A DNA stretch of 63,901 nt, the filler included. It is 5 parts of 5 records of this genome, joined end to end, with 100 filler letters (N's around TTAATTAATTAA, not from the genome) between each part and the next. Parts side by side here need not be neighbours in the genome. Positions count along the whole stretch, not along the records: positions 27,128 to 39,394 come from SRR2962707_1106; positions 39,495 to 51,002 come from SRR2962707_1114; 3 more parts are not named here. One strand, written 5' to 3'. The position numbers were made by a program, and so were the translations under genes. Shown here piece after piece: positions 29,986 to 39,614 of this stretch (position 1 is its first letter; each line of letters begins with the position of its first letter). The notes beneath the pieces are model-generated. The model worked only from the letters and a program-made list of their open reading frames with translations, was not told the origin of the DNA and ran no database searches.

Positions 29986-30999
29986 CTAGCTCACCTTGAT
30001 AAGCCTTCGCCCGAGATTCTCGCCCTCGAACAATCCGATAAACGCCGCTGCTGATCCCTCGATCCCGTCCGACACATCTTCCGTATAGACGAGCTTCCCC
30101 TCGTGGATCCACTGGCCCATCTCCGCCTGCGCCTCGCGGAACCGCTTGAAGTAGTCGAACACGACAAGCCCCTCCATCCGCAGCCGATGTGTGATGAAGC
30201 GCGTCACATTGCGAATGCCGACCAGTTCATTGTCCGCGCGGTTGTACTCGCTCACCTGCCCGGAAATCACGATCCGTCCATGTTCCTTTATGTTGAGGAT
30301 CGCGGCGTCGAGCATCTCGCCCCCCACATTGTCGAAATAGATATCGACGCCGTCCGGGCAGTGTTCCTTGATTGCCGCGCGTAAATCAGCGCCGCGATAG
30401 GAGAAGCAGGCATCGAAGCCGAGCCCCGTCACGTAGTCGCATTTCCCTTTCGACCCGGCGATGCCGATAACCTTGCACCCCCTCATCTTCGCGATCTGCC
30501 CCGCCGTCGCGCCCACGGGCCCGGCGGCGGAAGAGATCAGCACGGTATCTCCTTCTTTCGGCTGCCCGAGTTCCAGCAGCCCGAAATAGGAAGTGAGCCC
30601 GGGAATGCCGAGCACCCCGATGGCGGCCGTCGGGCGCAGTGCCCCGTGAAACATCTCGGCGGGAAGTTTCTGCACGCCGCGCCCGTTCGACACCGCATGT
30701 GTCACCCAGCCGAAGCCGCCGGTCACCCGGTCGCCCACCGAAAATTTCTCGTTGTTCGACGCTTCGACGACGCCCACCATCGCGCTGTCGATGGTCTCGC
30801 CCACAGGTAGCGCCGCCGTATAGCTGTCGCCCGAAAGCCGCCCGCGCATGCCGGGGTCGACGGAGTGATGCTCGGTGCGGATCAGGATGTCATGCTCGCC
30901 GATATCCGGCAGCGTCACATCCTCCAGCCGGAAATTCTCACGCTTCGGCTTCCCCTCCGGCCGCGACGCCAGCACCCAGCGTTTCGCCTTTGTCGGCAT
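29986..30999 (-). CDS. NADP-dependent oxidoreductase (CurA/PTGR alkenal-reductase family), paralogue 1
   Basis: Start trimmed to MPTKAKRWVLASRPEG (SD GGAGG); SVDPGMR, LGIPGLTSYFGL, SSAAGPVG, GVDIYFDNVGG. Confidence 0.9.
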   Translation of the reverse strand: MPTKAKRWVLASRPEGKPKRENFRLEDVTLPDIGEHDILIRTEHHSVDPGMRGRLSGDSYTAALPVGETIDSAMVGVVEASNNEKFSVGDRVTGGFGWVTHAVSNGRGVQKLPAEMFHGALRPTAAIGVLGIPGLTSYFGLLELGQPKEGDTVLISSAAGPVGATAGQIAKMRGCKVIGIAGSKGKCDYVTGLGFDACFSYRGADLRAAIKEHCPDGVDIYFDNVGGEMLDAAILNIKEHGRIVISGQVSEYNRADNELVGIRNVTRFITHRLRMEGLVVFDYFKRFREAQAEMGQWIHEGKLVYTEDVSDGIEGSAAAFIGLFEGENLGRRLIKVS

Positions 31000-31023
31000 G
31001 GTTCCTCCTCCCTCACTCTCCTT

Positions 31024-31114
31024 CGTCATTGCGAGAAGCGAAGCGACGAAGCAATCCAGGGGCTGCAACCGATGCTTGCCGCTCTGGATTGCTTCGCTTG
31101 CGCTCGCAATGATG
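31024..31114. repeat. REP/RPE-type palindrome doublet
   Basis: CGTCATTGCGAGAAGCGAAGCGACGAAGCAATCCAG ... CTGGATTGCTTCGCTTGCGCTCGCAATGATG; common alphaproteobacterial intergenic repeat form. Confidence 0.85.
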
Positions 31115-31130
31115 GACGCAGACGCAGGTC

Positions 31131-32156
31131 TTACACCGCTTTGTCCGGCCCGATCTTCACCAGCATCTTGCCGAAATTCGCGCCCTTGAAGAGATTGAGG
31201 AAAGCCTTCGGCGCATTCTCGATGCCGTCTTCCACCGTCTCTTCCCACTTCATCTTGCCGCTTTTGATGAGCGGGCCCATCTCCTCGAAAAACTCGCCGA
31301 GATGCTGGAAGTAGTTGGAAACGATGAAGCCCTGCAGACGCAGGCTCTTGCCGACGATCTGGATCAGGTTCGTCGGGCCGGGCCGCGGCTCGGTGTCGTT
31401 ATACTGCTCGATCATGCCGCACAGCGCCGCCCGTCCGTTCGGCCGCATGTTTTCGATGGCCGCTTCAAGGTGCTTGCCGCCGACATTCTCGAAATAGACG
31501 TCGATCCCCTTTGGGAAGGCGTCCTTCACGGCCTTGGTCAGGTCGCCGCAGGTCTTGTAGTTGATCGCCTTGTCGATGCCGGCTTCCTTCTCAAGCCACT
31601 TGCACTTCTCGTCCGAGCCCGCCGAGCCCACGACATAGCAGCCATGCGCCTTCGCAAGCTGGCACACAACCGAGCCGACCGCGCCCGACGCCGCCGACAC
31701 GAACACCGTGTCGCCGTCCTTCAGGTTCGCCACCTTGAAAAGCCCCGCCCATGCCGTCATGCCCGGCATGCCGAGCACGCCGAGAAACGCCTCGATGGGC
31801 CCGAGCGCCGGATCGACCGGCGTAAAGCCCGCCGCCGGCGCCGTCGCGAATTCGCGCCAGCCCAGCATGTGGTTCACATACGTGCCGACCTTCAGCTTGT
31901 CGCTTTTCGATTCCACCACCTGGCCGATCGCGCCGCCTTCGAGCGGGCTGCCGATCTGGAACGGCGGCACATAGCTTTCGCGGTCCATCATGCGCCCGCG
32001 CATGTAAGGGTCGACCGACATCCATATGTTACGCACCAGCACCTCGCCGTCGCCGGGCTGGCGCGCTTCCGTCGTCGCCACTTCGAAATCGCTGTCCTTC
32101 GGCATGCCGACGGGCCGCGCCTTCAGGCGGATTTCCTTGGAAGTCAGGTTCATCAT
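31131..32156 (-). CDS. NADP-dependent oxidoreductase (CurA/PTGR family), paralogue 2
   Basis: LKARPVG, MSVDPYMRGRM, LGMPGMTAWAGL, VSAASGAVGS, GIDVYFENVGG, GANFGKMLV. Confidence 0.92.
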   Translation of the reverse strand: MMNLTSKEIRLKARPVGMPKDSDFEVATTEARQPGDGEVLVRNIWMSVDPYMRGRMMDRESYVPPFQIGSPLEGGAIGQVVESKSDKLKVGTYVNHMLGWREFATAPAAGFTPVDPALGPIEAFLGVLGMPGMTAWAGLFKVANLKDGDTVFVSAASGAVGSVVCQLAKAHGCYVVGSAGSDEKCKWLEKEAGIDKAINYKTCGDLTKAVKDAFPKGIDVYFENVGGKHLEAAIENMRPNGRAALCGMIEQYNDTEPRPGPTNLIQIVGKSLRLQGFIVSNYFQHLGEFFEEMGPLIKSGKMKWEETVEDGIENAPKAFLNLFKGANFGKMLVKIGPDKAV

Positions 32157-32268
32157 GGGTCTCCTCCACGTCTCTGGGTTTCGTTGAGGAGGAGACTAGC
32201 GGCCTTTCCCGCGCGGCGGAAGGAATCTTGCCCCGCGCGTGAACAACTGCTTGTGAGCTTCTGAACGG

Positions 32269-33630
32269 TCAGGACACCTTCCAGCCGCCGCCCAGCGCCA
32301 CGAACAGGTCGACCGCCGTGCTGTAGCGGTTGAGCCGCGCCTGCGCCGCGCTGTCCCGCGCCGAAAGCCAGCTTCGCTGCGCATCGAGCACGGAGAGAAG
32401 ATCGCTGGCGCCCGCGCGGTAGCGCGCCTGCGACAACTCGTAAGCCTTGCGTGCTTCTTCCGCGGCAATGGCGAGCGAGGCCTCGCGCGCCGCAGTCGCC
32501 TCGACGTTGACGAGCGAGTTCTCCACTTCCGCAAAGGAGTTCAGCACGGTCAGACGGTAGTTCGCGGCAAGTTCCGTCTGCCGGCCTTTCGCCGATTGCA
32601 GGTTCCCTTCGAGCGACCCGCCGGAAAAGATCGGTGCGAGCAGCGACGCGCCGAGCGAACTCGCCGTCTCCGCCGCGCTCGCCGTCGCGAAGCTCCGCGT
32701 CAGCGAGGCGGAAAGATCGAGCGAAGGAAAGAATGCCGCCCGCGCCGCGCCGATATCGGCATTCGCCGCCTTCAGCCGTGCTTCCGAGCTGCGAATGTCC
32801 GGCCGCCGCTCCAGCAGGTCCGAGGGTTGTCCCGCCGCGATGGCGGGCAGGGCAACGGTGTCGAGCGTCGCCGTCTCCACGCCGAAGCGCCCCGGCACGC
32901 GCGCGAGCAGGATCGCCAGCGCATTTTCGTTCGCGGCGAGGTCGGCCCGGAGCGCCGGAATGCCCGCCTCGATGGTCGCCACCGTGTTCCTCTGCTGCGC
33001 GAGGTCGAGCCCCGAAATGCTCCCCGCCTCGTAGCGCGCTTCCACGATATCGAGCGTATCGCGCGCGGCTTTCAGCGAGTCTTCCGCAATCGCGATCCGG
33101 TCCTTCAGCGTCAGGATCGTGAAATAGGTCGTCGCCACTTGGCTTTGCACGATCAGCGCCGCGCCATCCTTGTCGTATTCCGTGGCTTCCAGCGAAAGCC
33201 CCGCCGCGCGCGCCTGGTCGCGGTAGCGGCCCCATATGTCGAGCGCATAGCTCGCCGAGAGGCCAATGTCGGCGCTCTCGCGTGTCGTGCCGCCCCGCGT
33301 CTCGTTCCGCCCGGCGCTGCCGCTCCCGTTCACCTGCGGCAGCAGCGAAGAGCCCGCCGCCCGCGCCGCGCCTCCCGCCTGTTCGACGCGCGCCAGTGCC
33401 TGTTCGATGTCGAGATTGTTCGCAAGCGCCACCTGCATCAGCAGCGACAGTTCCGGGTCGCCAAACGCCGTCCACCACGCGGTGTCCGCGGTGACGTTCA
33501 TCCCGTCCCGCTGCCCCGCGCTCCATGTCTCCTGTGCCCCCGTCTCCGGCCGCTCGTAATCCGGCGCCATGGTGCAGGCGGCGAGCGAGACGGAGAGGAA
33601 AAGGGCGACAAGATTTTTGTTGAAGGTCAT
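32269..33630 (-). CDS. efflux outer-membrane factor lipoprotein (NodT/TolC family)
   Basis: Start trimmed to MTFNKNL; lipobox LAAC-TMAPDYERP, WWTAFGDPEL, LLERRPDIR, IGAARAAFFP, LFVALGGGW. Confidence 0.92.
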   Translation of the reverse strand: MTFNKNLVALFLSVSLAACTMAPDYERPETGAQETWSAGQRDGMNVTADTAWWTAFGDPELSLLMQVALANNLDIEQALARVEQAGGAARAAGSSLLPQVNGSGSAGRNETRGGTTRESADIGLSASYALDIWGRYRDQARAAGLSLEATEYDKDGAALIVQSQVATTYFTILTLKDRIAIAEDSLKAARDTLDIVEARYEAGSISGLDLAQQRNTVATIEAGIPALRADLAANENALAILLARVPGRFGVETATLDTVALPAIAAGQPSDLLERRPDIRSSEARLKAANADIGAARAAFFPSLDLSASLTRSFATASAAETASSLGASLLAPIFSGGSLEGNLQSAKGRQTELAANYRLTVLNSFAEVENSLVNVEATAAREASLAIAAEEARKAYELSQARYRAGASDLLSVLDAQRSWLSARDSAAQARLNRYSTAVDLFVALGGGWKVS

Positions 33631-33640
33631 GTTTCGTACC

Positions 33641-35602
33641 TCACTCCGACGCCAGCGCAACCACAGGATCAAGCTGCGCCGCCTTCCGCGCGGGCAAATA
33701 GCCGAACACCAGCCCGGTGAAAAACGCGCAGGTGAACGCAAGCACCGAGGGCATCGCATTGATCGCAATGTTCATGCCTGCGCTGCTCAGTGCCCCGGCA
33801 AGCGACAGGCCCAGTAGCACGCCGATCAGCCCGCCCACGCCGCAGACCACCAGCGCCTCTGTGTTGAACTGCACCAGAATATTGTTCATCCGCGCGCCCG
33901 TCGCCATGCGGATGCCGATTTCCCGCGTCCGCTCCGTCACGCTCACAAGCATGATGTTCATGACGCCGATGCCGCCGACGAGCAGCGAAATCGCCGCCAC
34001 CGAGCCGAGGAGTATCGTCATCGTGTTCGACATGTCCTCCATCGTCTCCAGCATCGAGGCCGTATTGCGGATTTGGAAGTCCTCCGTCCGGTGCCGCGCC
34101 ATCATCAGCGTATGGATCGCTTCTTCCGTTTCGTCCACGCGCGCCGCATCCGCTACCTTCACCGTCACCGTATTCGCATATTGCTGCCCGAAGAGCCGCA
34201 TGAAGCCGGTCGTGATCGGCACGAAGGCGACATCGTCCTGGTCGCCTCCGAAAGAGGCCGCGCCCTTCGCCTGCATGACGCCCACAACCTCGAAAGGAAT
34301 GTTGCCCGCCAGCACATATTCGCCGACCGGGTTGCCGCCATCGGGAAACAGCGCATCCACCACCGTCTGACCGAGCACGATCACCGGCGCATAGCCGTTG
34401 AGGTCCGCCTCGGTGAAAAACCCGCCTTCGCTGACGGGCCAGTCGCGCACTTCGGTCATCTCCGGCCAGGTGCCGTTGATCTGGGTCCGGTAATCGATAT
34501 TGCCGAAGCGCACGGTGGACGAGCTGCTGCGTTCGGGAATAGCCGCCGTCACATTCGGTATCGTCTCGGCAATCGCCTGGGCATCCGCCGGTATCAGCGT
34601 TGCAATGTCGCCGCTGGAGCGGATGCCCGGCGCGCCGGGGCGCACCAGCAGCAGGTTGGTGCCCATGCTCTGCATGGCGCTCATGATGTTCGCCTTGCTG
34701 CCGTCGCCGATGGCGAGCATGACGACAACGGCGGCAACGCCGATCACGACGCCGAGCAGCGTCAGCGCCGTGCGAAAGATGTTCACGCGCAGCGAACGGA
34801 ACGCCATTTTGATGGCTTCGGCGATTTCCGCCTGTATCACCTGCGCGCCGCTGCCCATCGGCGCGTCTTCGCCCGCGCCGCTGCCTGCGCGCAGCTTCGG
34901 TCCGCTGTCGGAAACAATGTGTCCGTCGCTGATCTGGATCGTGCGGTCCGCATGTTCGGCCACCGCCGGGTCATGCGTGATGAGAATGATCGTGCGGCCT
35001 TCCGCGTTCAGTTCCTTCAGCACGTTCAGCACGTCGGCGCCGCTCTGCGTGTCGAGCGCGCCCGTCGGTTCGTCGGCGAGGATCACGTCGGCGCCGTTCA
35101 TCAGCGCCCGCGCAATGGAAACGCGCTGCTGCTGGCCGCCCGATAATTCGGAGGGGCGGTGCGCTGCGCGGTCGCCCATGCCGAGCCGGTCGAGCAGCGC
35201 CTTCGCGCGCTCGAAGCGTTCGCTCCGCGTCGCACCCGCATAGATCGCAGGCAGCTCGACGTTCTCCGCCGCCGTCATCGTCGCAAGCAGGTTGTAGCGC
35301 TGGAACACGAAGCCGAACGTGTCGCGCCTGAGCGCCGCCAGGTCGTCGGACGTGAGAGCGGCGACATTCGTCCCCGCCACCTCGTAACGGCCGCCGCTCG
35401 GCCGGTCGAGACAGCCGAGAATGTTCATCAGCGTCGATTTGCCGGAGCCCGATTGCCCCATGATGGCAACGAACTCGCCGCGGCGGATCGTCAGCGACAC
35501 GCCGTCCAGCGCCCGCACTTCCGTCTCGCCGGTCTGGTAGACCTTGGTGACATTGCGAAGCTCGATCAGCGGCGCGCCGTTGCGGGGGAGGGGGGAATGC
35601 AT
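33641..35602 (-). CDS. macB: MacB-family ABC exporter (fused ATPase-permease)
   Basis: [79 protein letters not shown]. Confidence 0.92.
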   Translation of the reverse strand: MHSPLPRNGAPLIELRNVTKVYQTGETEVRALDGVSLTIRRGEFVAIMGQSGSGKSTLMNILGCLDRPSGGRYEVAGTNVAALTSDDLAALRRDTFGFVFQRYNLLATMTAAENVELPAIYAGATRSERFERAKALLDRLGMGDRAAHRPSELSGGQQQRVSIARALMNGADVILADEPTGALDTQSGADVLNVLKELNAEGRTIILITHDPAVAEHADRTIQISDGHIVSDSGPKLRAGSGAGEDAPMGSGAQVIQAEIAEAIKMAFRSLRVNIFRTALTLLGVVIGVAAVVVMLAIGDGSKANIMSAMQSMGTNLLLVRPGAPGIRSSGDIATLIPADAQAIAETIPNVTAAIPERSSSSTVRFGNIDYRTQINGTWPEMTEVRDWPVSEGGFFTEADLNGYAPVIVLGQTVVDALFPDGGNPVGEYVLAGNIPFEVVGVMQAKGAASFGGDQDDVAFVPITTGFMRLFGQQYANTVTVKVADAARVDETEEAIHTLMMARHRTEDFQIRNTASMLETMEDMSNTMTILLGSVAAISLLVGGIGVMNIMLVSVTERTREIGIRMATGARMNNILVQFNTEALVVCGVGGLIGVLLGLSLAGALSSAGMNIAINAMPSVLAFTCAFFTGLVFGYLPARKAAQLDPVVALASE

Positions 35603-35613
35603 CTGCCGCGCTC

Positions 35614-36834
35614 CTACAGGAAGCCCATTCGGCGCCGGCTGCTGCCGCCGCCCGCGCCATCGGATGTGACGACGCCCGTCACCACGGTCTCGCCCGCCTC
35701 AAGCCCGCTCTTGATCTCCACATTGATGCGGTTCGCGAGCCCGGTTTCGACTTCGCGCGGGCGCGGGCCGTTGCCGGTCATCACCTGAACCGTCTGCGTG
35801 CCGCCCTGCGTTTCCCGCACCGCGCCCACAGGCACGGTGAGAACGTCGCGCGCCTCGCCGAGCAGGAAAAACACCTGGGCCGTCATATCCTTCATCAGCA
35901 GCCGCTCGGGATTCTCGATATCGACTAGCACCGTGTAGAGCACCACCTCGTTGACGATTTCCGGCGTCGGCAATATCTGGCGCACCGTCGAAGTCCAGCG
36001 CCGCTCCGGGCTTCCAAGCGTCGTGAAATAGACCGGCATGCCCGCCTTGAGCTTGCCCACATCCGCTTCCGCCACCTGCGCCTCGACAGTCATGGTGTCG
36101 AGATTGGCGATCTGCAGCACGACAGGCGCGGTCTGGTTCGCGTTCAGCGTCTGTCCCTGCAGCGCCGTTTGCGACGTCACTGTGCCGCTGATCGGCGCAT
36201 AGATTTTCGTGTAGCCGAGATTGGCTTCGCCCGCTTCCACGGTCGATTGCTGCTGTTCGATCTGCGCCTTCAGCGAGCCGATCTGCGCACCGATGGTCTG
36301 CACCGCCGTCTCGCTCGTGTCGAGGTCGTCCCGGCTCACCGCGTCGATCTTCGCAAGGCCGATATTGCGGTCATATTGCCGCTGCGCCAGCACGAGCTCG
36401 GCCTGCGCGCCCGCAAGCTGAGAGGTGAGGTCGGCGAGCCGCGCCCGCGCGCCCGCCACTTCCGCCGCATAGACCTTGGCGTCGATGGTGGCGAGCAGGT
36501 CGCCCTTCGTCACCTGTCCGCCGACATCCACATGCACCGTTTCAAGCTGGCCGGAAACCTGCGCGCCCACATCCACATATTCTTTCGGCTGCAGCGAGCC
36601 GAGCGCCGTCACTGTCTGCTCGATGTTGCCGCGCGTCACCGTCTGCGTGCGATAGGTGACGTCCTCGCCGCCGAAGAGCCAGCCGGAGATGAGCCACAGC
36701 GCAACAAGCGCCAAAAGCGCAATCGCGCCCCAGCGCGCAGGGCCGGGGAGCCCGCTCCATGTCGCGCGTAGCCGCTGAGGCAGCCTCATCGGGCCGCCCG
36801 CCTGCCGTTCCGTTGTGTCGTATTCATATCCCAT
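35614..36834 (-). CDS. macA: MacA-family periplasmic adaptor subunit
   Basis: N-terminal TM helix; [42 protein letters not shown]. Confidence 0.9.
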   Translation of the reverse strand: MGYEYDTTERQAGGPMRLPQRLRATWSGLPGPARWGAIALLALVALWLISGWLFGGEDVTYRTQTVTRGNIEQTVTALGSLQPKEYVDVGAQVSGQLETVHVDVGGQVTKGDLLATIDAKVYAAEVAGARARLADLTSQLAGAQAELVLAQRQYDRNIGLAKIDAVSRDDLDTSETAVQTIGAQIGSLKAQIEQQQSTVEAGEANLGYTKIYAPISGTVTSQTALQGQTLNANQTAPVVLQIANLDTMTVEAQVAEADVGKLKAGMPVYFTTLGSPERRWTSTVRQILPTPEIVNEVVLYTVLVDIENPERLLMKDMTAQVFFLLGEARDVLTVPVGAVRETQGGTQTVQVMTGNGPRPREVETGLANRINVEIKSGLEAGETVVTGVVTSDGAGGGSSRRRMGFL

Positions 36835-36889
36835 GGCCGCATTTGTCCGTCCGAAGTGTCCCCACTCTATATAACGGACAAACCGCCCC

Positions 36890-36915
36890 GTTCCGTCGCC
36901 CGAAAGCGACGGAAC
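36890..36915. terminator. 10-bp perfect hairpin between oxidoreductase 3 and macA
   Basis: GTTCCGTCGC-CCGAAA-GCGACGGAAC; no clear U-tract. Confidence 0.5.
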
Positions 36916-36939
36916 TGCGATAGATGCAAAATGAGGGCG

Positions 36940-37938
36940 TCAGGAAACCCGGATCATGCGCTTGCCGACATTGTCGCCCGCAAGAAGCCCGATCAGCGCC
37001 TGCGGCGTGTTCTCGAGCCCCTCCATGATGTCTTCCATGACCTTGATCTTGCCGGAATTGACCCAGCCCTGGAGCTCGGCGAGCGCGGCGTCGTGCTTGT
37101 CCATGTAGTCCATCACGATGAAGCCCTGCATGATGAGCCGCTTCACGACCACGAGCCCCGGAATGCCGCGCGGCCCATGCGCGGGCGCCGCGCCGTCATA
37201 TTGCGACACCGCCCCGCAGCAGGCGATCCGCCCGTGATTGTTCATGCCGAACAGAACGGCTTCCAGAATGTCGCCGCCGACATTGTCGAAATAGACGTCG
37301 ATGCCCTTCGGTGCGGCCTTCCGCAGCGCCTTGCCCACGGGTTCCGCCTTGTAGTCGATGGCCGCATCGAAGCCGAGTTCGTCGGTCAGCAGCTTGCACT
37401 TCTTCTCGCCGCCCGCGATCCCGATGACCGTGCAGCCCTTGATCTTCGCAATCTGCCCGACAATCGTGCCGACCGAGCCCGCCGCCGCGGACACGACCAC
37501 TGTGTCGCCCGCTTTCGGCTTGCCGACTTCCAGCAGCCCGAAATAGGCGGTCAGCCCGGCAATGCCGTACACGCTGAGAAGGTGCGACAGGGGCTCCATC
37601 TTCGGCAGCTTCTGCGCCGTCTTGGCGGCCACGGCGGCATATTCCTGCCAGCCCGTATCCGAGAACACGAGGTCGCCCTTGGCAAAGCCCGGCGCCTTCG
37701 CCTCCAGAACCTCCGAAATCGAGCCGCCCGCCATCACCGTCCCTGCTTCCACGGCGGAGCGATAGGTCGCGCCCTGCATCCAAGCCCGGTTCGCCGCGTC
37801 GAGCGAGATCAGCTTCGTCTTCAGCAGCAATTCTCCGTCCTTCGGCGCGGGCATGGCGCCCTCGGCCAGCTTGAAATGGCTGGGTGCGAGCTTTCCCTGC
37901 GGCGTTTCGGTCAGCAGAATCTGGCGGTTGGCGGTCAT
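36940..37938 (-). CDS. NADP-dependent oxidoreductase (CurA/PTGR family), paralogue 3
   Basis: Start trimmed to MTANRQILL (SD GAGGAGG); ISLDAANRAWM, GIAGLTAYFGL, VSAAAGSVG, GIDVYFDNVGG. Confidence 0.9.
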   Translation of the reverse strand: MTANRQILLTETPQGKLAPSHFKLAEGAMPAPKDGELLLKTKLISLDAANRAWMQGATYRSAVEAGTVMAGGSISEVLEAKAPGFAKGDLVFSDTGWQEYAAVAAKTAQKLPKMEPLSHLLSVYGIAGLTAYFGLLEVGKPKAGDTVVVSAAAGSVGTIVGQIAKIKGCTVIGIAGGEKKCKLLTDELGFDAAIDYKAEPVGKALRKAAPKGIDVYFDNVGGDILEAVLFGMNNHGRIACCGAVSQYDGAAPAHGPRGIPGLVVVKRLIMQGFIVMDYMDKHDAALAELQGWVNSGKIKVMEDIMEGLENTPQALIGLLAGDNVGKRMIRVS

Positions 37939-38125
37939 GGTGTCCTCCTCGGGGTCCGTTTTTTCGTTGGACGGGAGCCTAGCCCCGGCGGCGCTCCGGC
38001 GCACCCGCGAATGCCGCTCCGGCCCGTTCATCCCTGAACTATTGTGAGTGCGCGTCTCAACGGCTAAAACCGCGAGGCCGAATCCCCATATCCTTGGGGC
38101 GTAACCGCCCGGATTTGCTTGTGAA

Positions 38126-39394
38126 ATGACCGATAAGCTCCGCATAGCCTTCGCCCAGTTGAACCCCGTCGTGGGCGACATCGCCGGCAATTTCGACAAG
38201 GCCGTCGAGGCCCGCCGCGCGGCGGAAGTCGAAGGCGCGGAACTCGTCGTCTTCACCGAACTCTTCCTGACGGGCTATCCACCTGAAGATCTCGTGTTGA
38301 AGCGCGCCTTTCAGGATGCCGCCCGCGCCGCTGCCATCGAGCTTGCCCGCCAGACCGGCGATGGCGGTCCCGGCGTCCTCATCGGCTGTCCCTGGCTCGC
38401 CGACGACGGCAAGCTCTTCAACGCCGTCCTCTATCTCGACAAGGGCGAGGTGCGCGGCTACCGCGCCAAGGTCCACCTGCCGAACTATTCCGTCTTCGAT
38501 GAGCCGCGCGTCTTCGACGAGGGCCCCATGCCCGGCCCCTTCAACATTCGCGGCGTCCGCGTCGGCGTCCCCATCTGCGAGGACATCTGGTTCGCGGACG
38601 TGGTCGAGTGTCTGGAGGAATCCGGCGCCGAGATGATCCTCGTCCCGAACGGTTCCCCCTACGACTTCAACAAGTATGACGCGCGCATGCAGCTCGCCGT
38701 CGGCCGCATCAAGGAAAGCGGCCTGCCGCTCGCTTACGTGAACCAGCTCGGCGGCCAGGACGAACTCGTCTTCGACGGCGCTTCCTTCGTGCTGAACGCC
38801 GATCTCTCGCTCCCGATCCAGATGCCGGCATGGGAAGAAAAAATCGTCTGCACGGACTGGACGCGCGAGGCGAAGGGCTGGGTCTGCGCGCCGGGCGAAG
38901 TCGCGAAGATCGAGGAAAGCGACGAAGCGCTTTATCTCGCCGTCGTTCAGGGCCTGCGTGATTACGTCCGCAAGAACCGCTTCCCCGGCGTCGTGCTCGG
39001 CCTCTCCGGCGGCATCGACAGCGCGCTCGTCGCCGCCATCGCCGTCGACGCGCTCGGCCCCGACAAGGTCCATTGCGTCATGCTTCCCTACCGCTACACC
39101 TCGTCGGAAAGCCTCGAGGACGCGGAGGCCTGCGCCAGGCTCCTCGGCGTCCGCTACGACACGGTCCCCATCGAAGCCCCCGTTTCCGGCTTCCTCGAAA
39201 CGCTCGGACCGATGTTCGAGGGCACGCAATCCGACACGACCGAGGAAAACCTCCAGTCCCGTTCGCGCGGCGTCATCCTCATGGCGATCTCCAACAAGTT
39301 CGGTTCCATGCTGCTGACGACCGGCAACAAGTCCGAAGTCTCAGCGGGTTACGCCACCATTTATGGCGACATGAATGGCGGCTTCAATCCGATC
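38126..39394 (+). CDS. nadE: glutamine-dependent NAD+ synthetase (3' truncated)
   Basis: Nitrilase domain (AQLNPVVGD, ELFLTGYPPEDL, KVHLPNY, ICEDIW) plus synthetase domain (GLSGGIDSA, ENLQSR, TTGNKSE, YATIYGDM). Confidence 0.95.
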
Positions 39395-39494
39395 NNNNNN
39401 NNNNNNNNNNNNNNNNNNNNNNNNNNNNNNNNNNNNNNTTAATTAATTAANNNNNNNNNNNNNNNNNNNNNNNNNNNNNNNNNNNNNNNNNNNN
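39395..39494. other. artificial contig spacer
   Basis: 44 N + TTAATTAATTAA + 44 N. Confidence 0.99.
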
Positions 39495-39590
39495 AGTCAG
39501 TGAGTCAGTGAGTGCGCTGGTTTTAGTTGAGTTCCTTCTTTTTGGTCTTCTTGTGGTTGTTGTTGTGTTGCTGCTGTTGTTGTTGTTACC
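39495..39590. repeat. low-complexity microsatellite-like sequence at the edge of the eukaryotic contig
   Basis: AGTCAGTGAGTCAGTGAGT followed by imperfect (TTG/CTG)n runs. Confidence 0.6.
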
Positions 39591-39614
39591 GTCGTTACTG
39601 CTTGCTGCAGCAAT

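Noticed and set aside
31000-31248. N-terminal extension of oxidoreductase 1 containing an in-frame palindromic element
   Set aside because: The extension overlaps the upstream gene, and a strong SD precedes the ATG at 30999; the repeat is intergenic.
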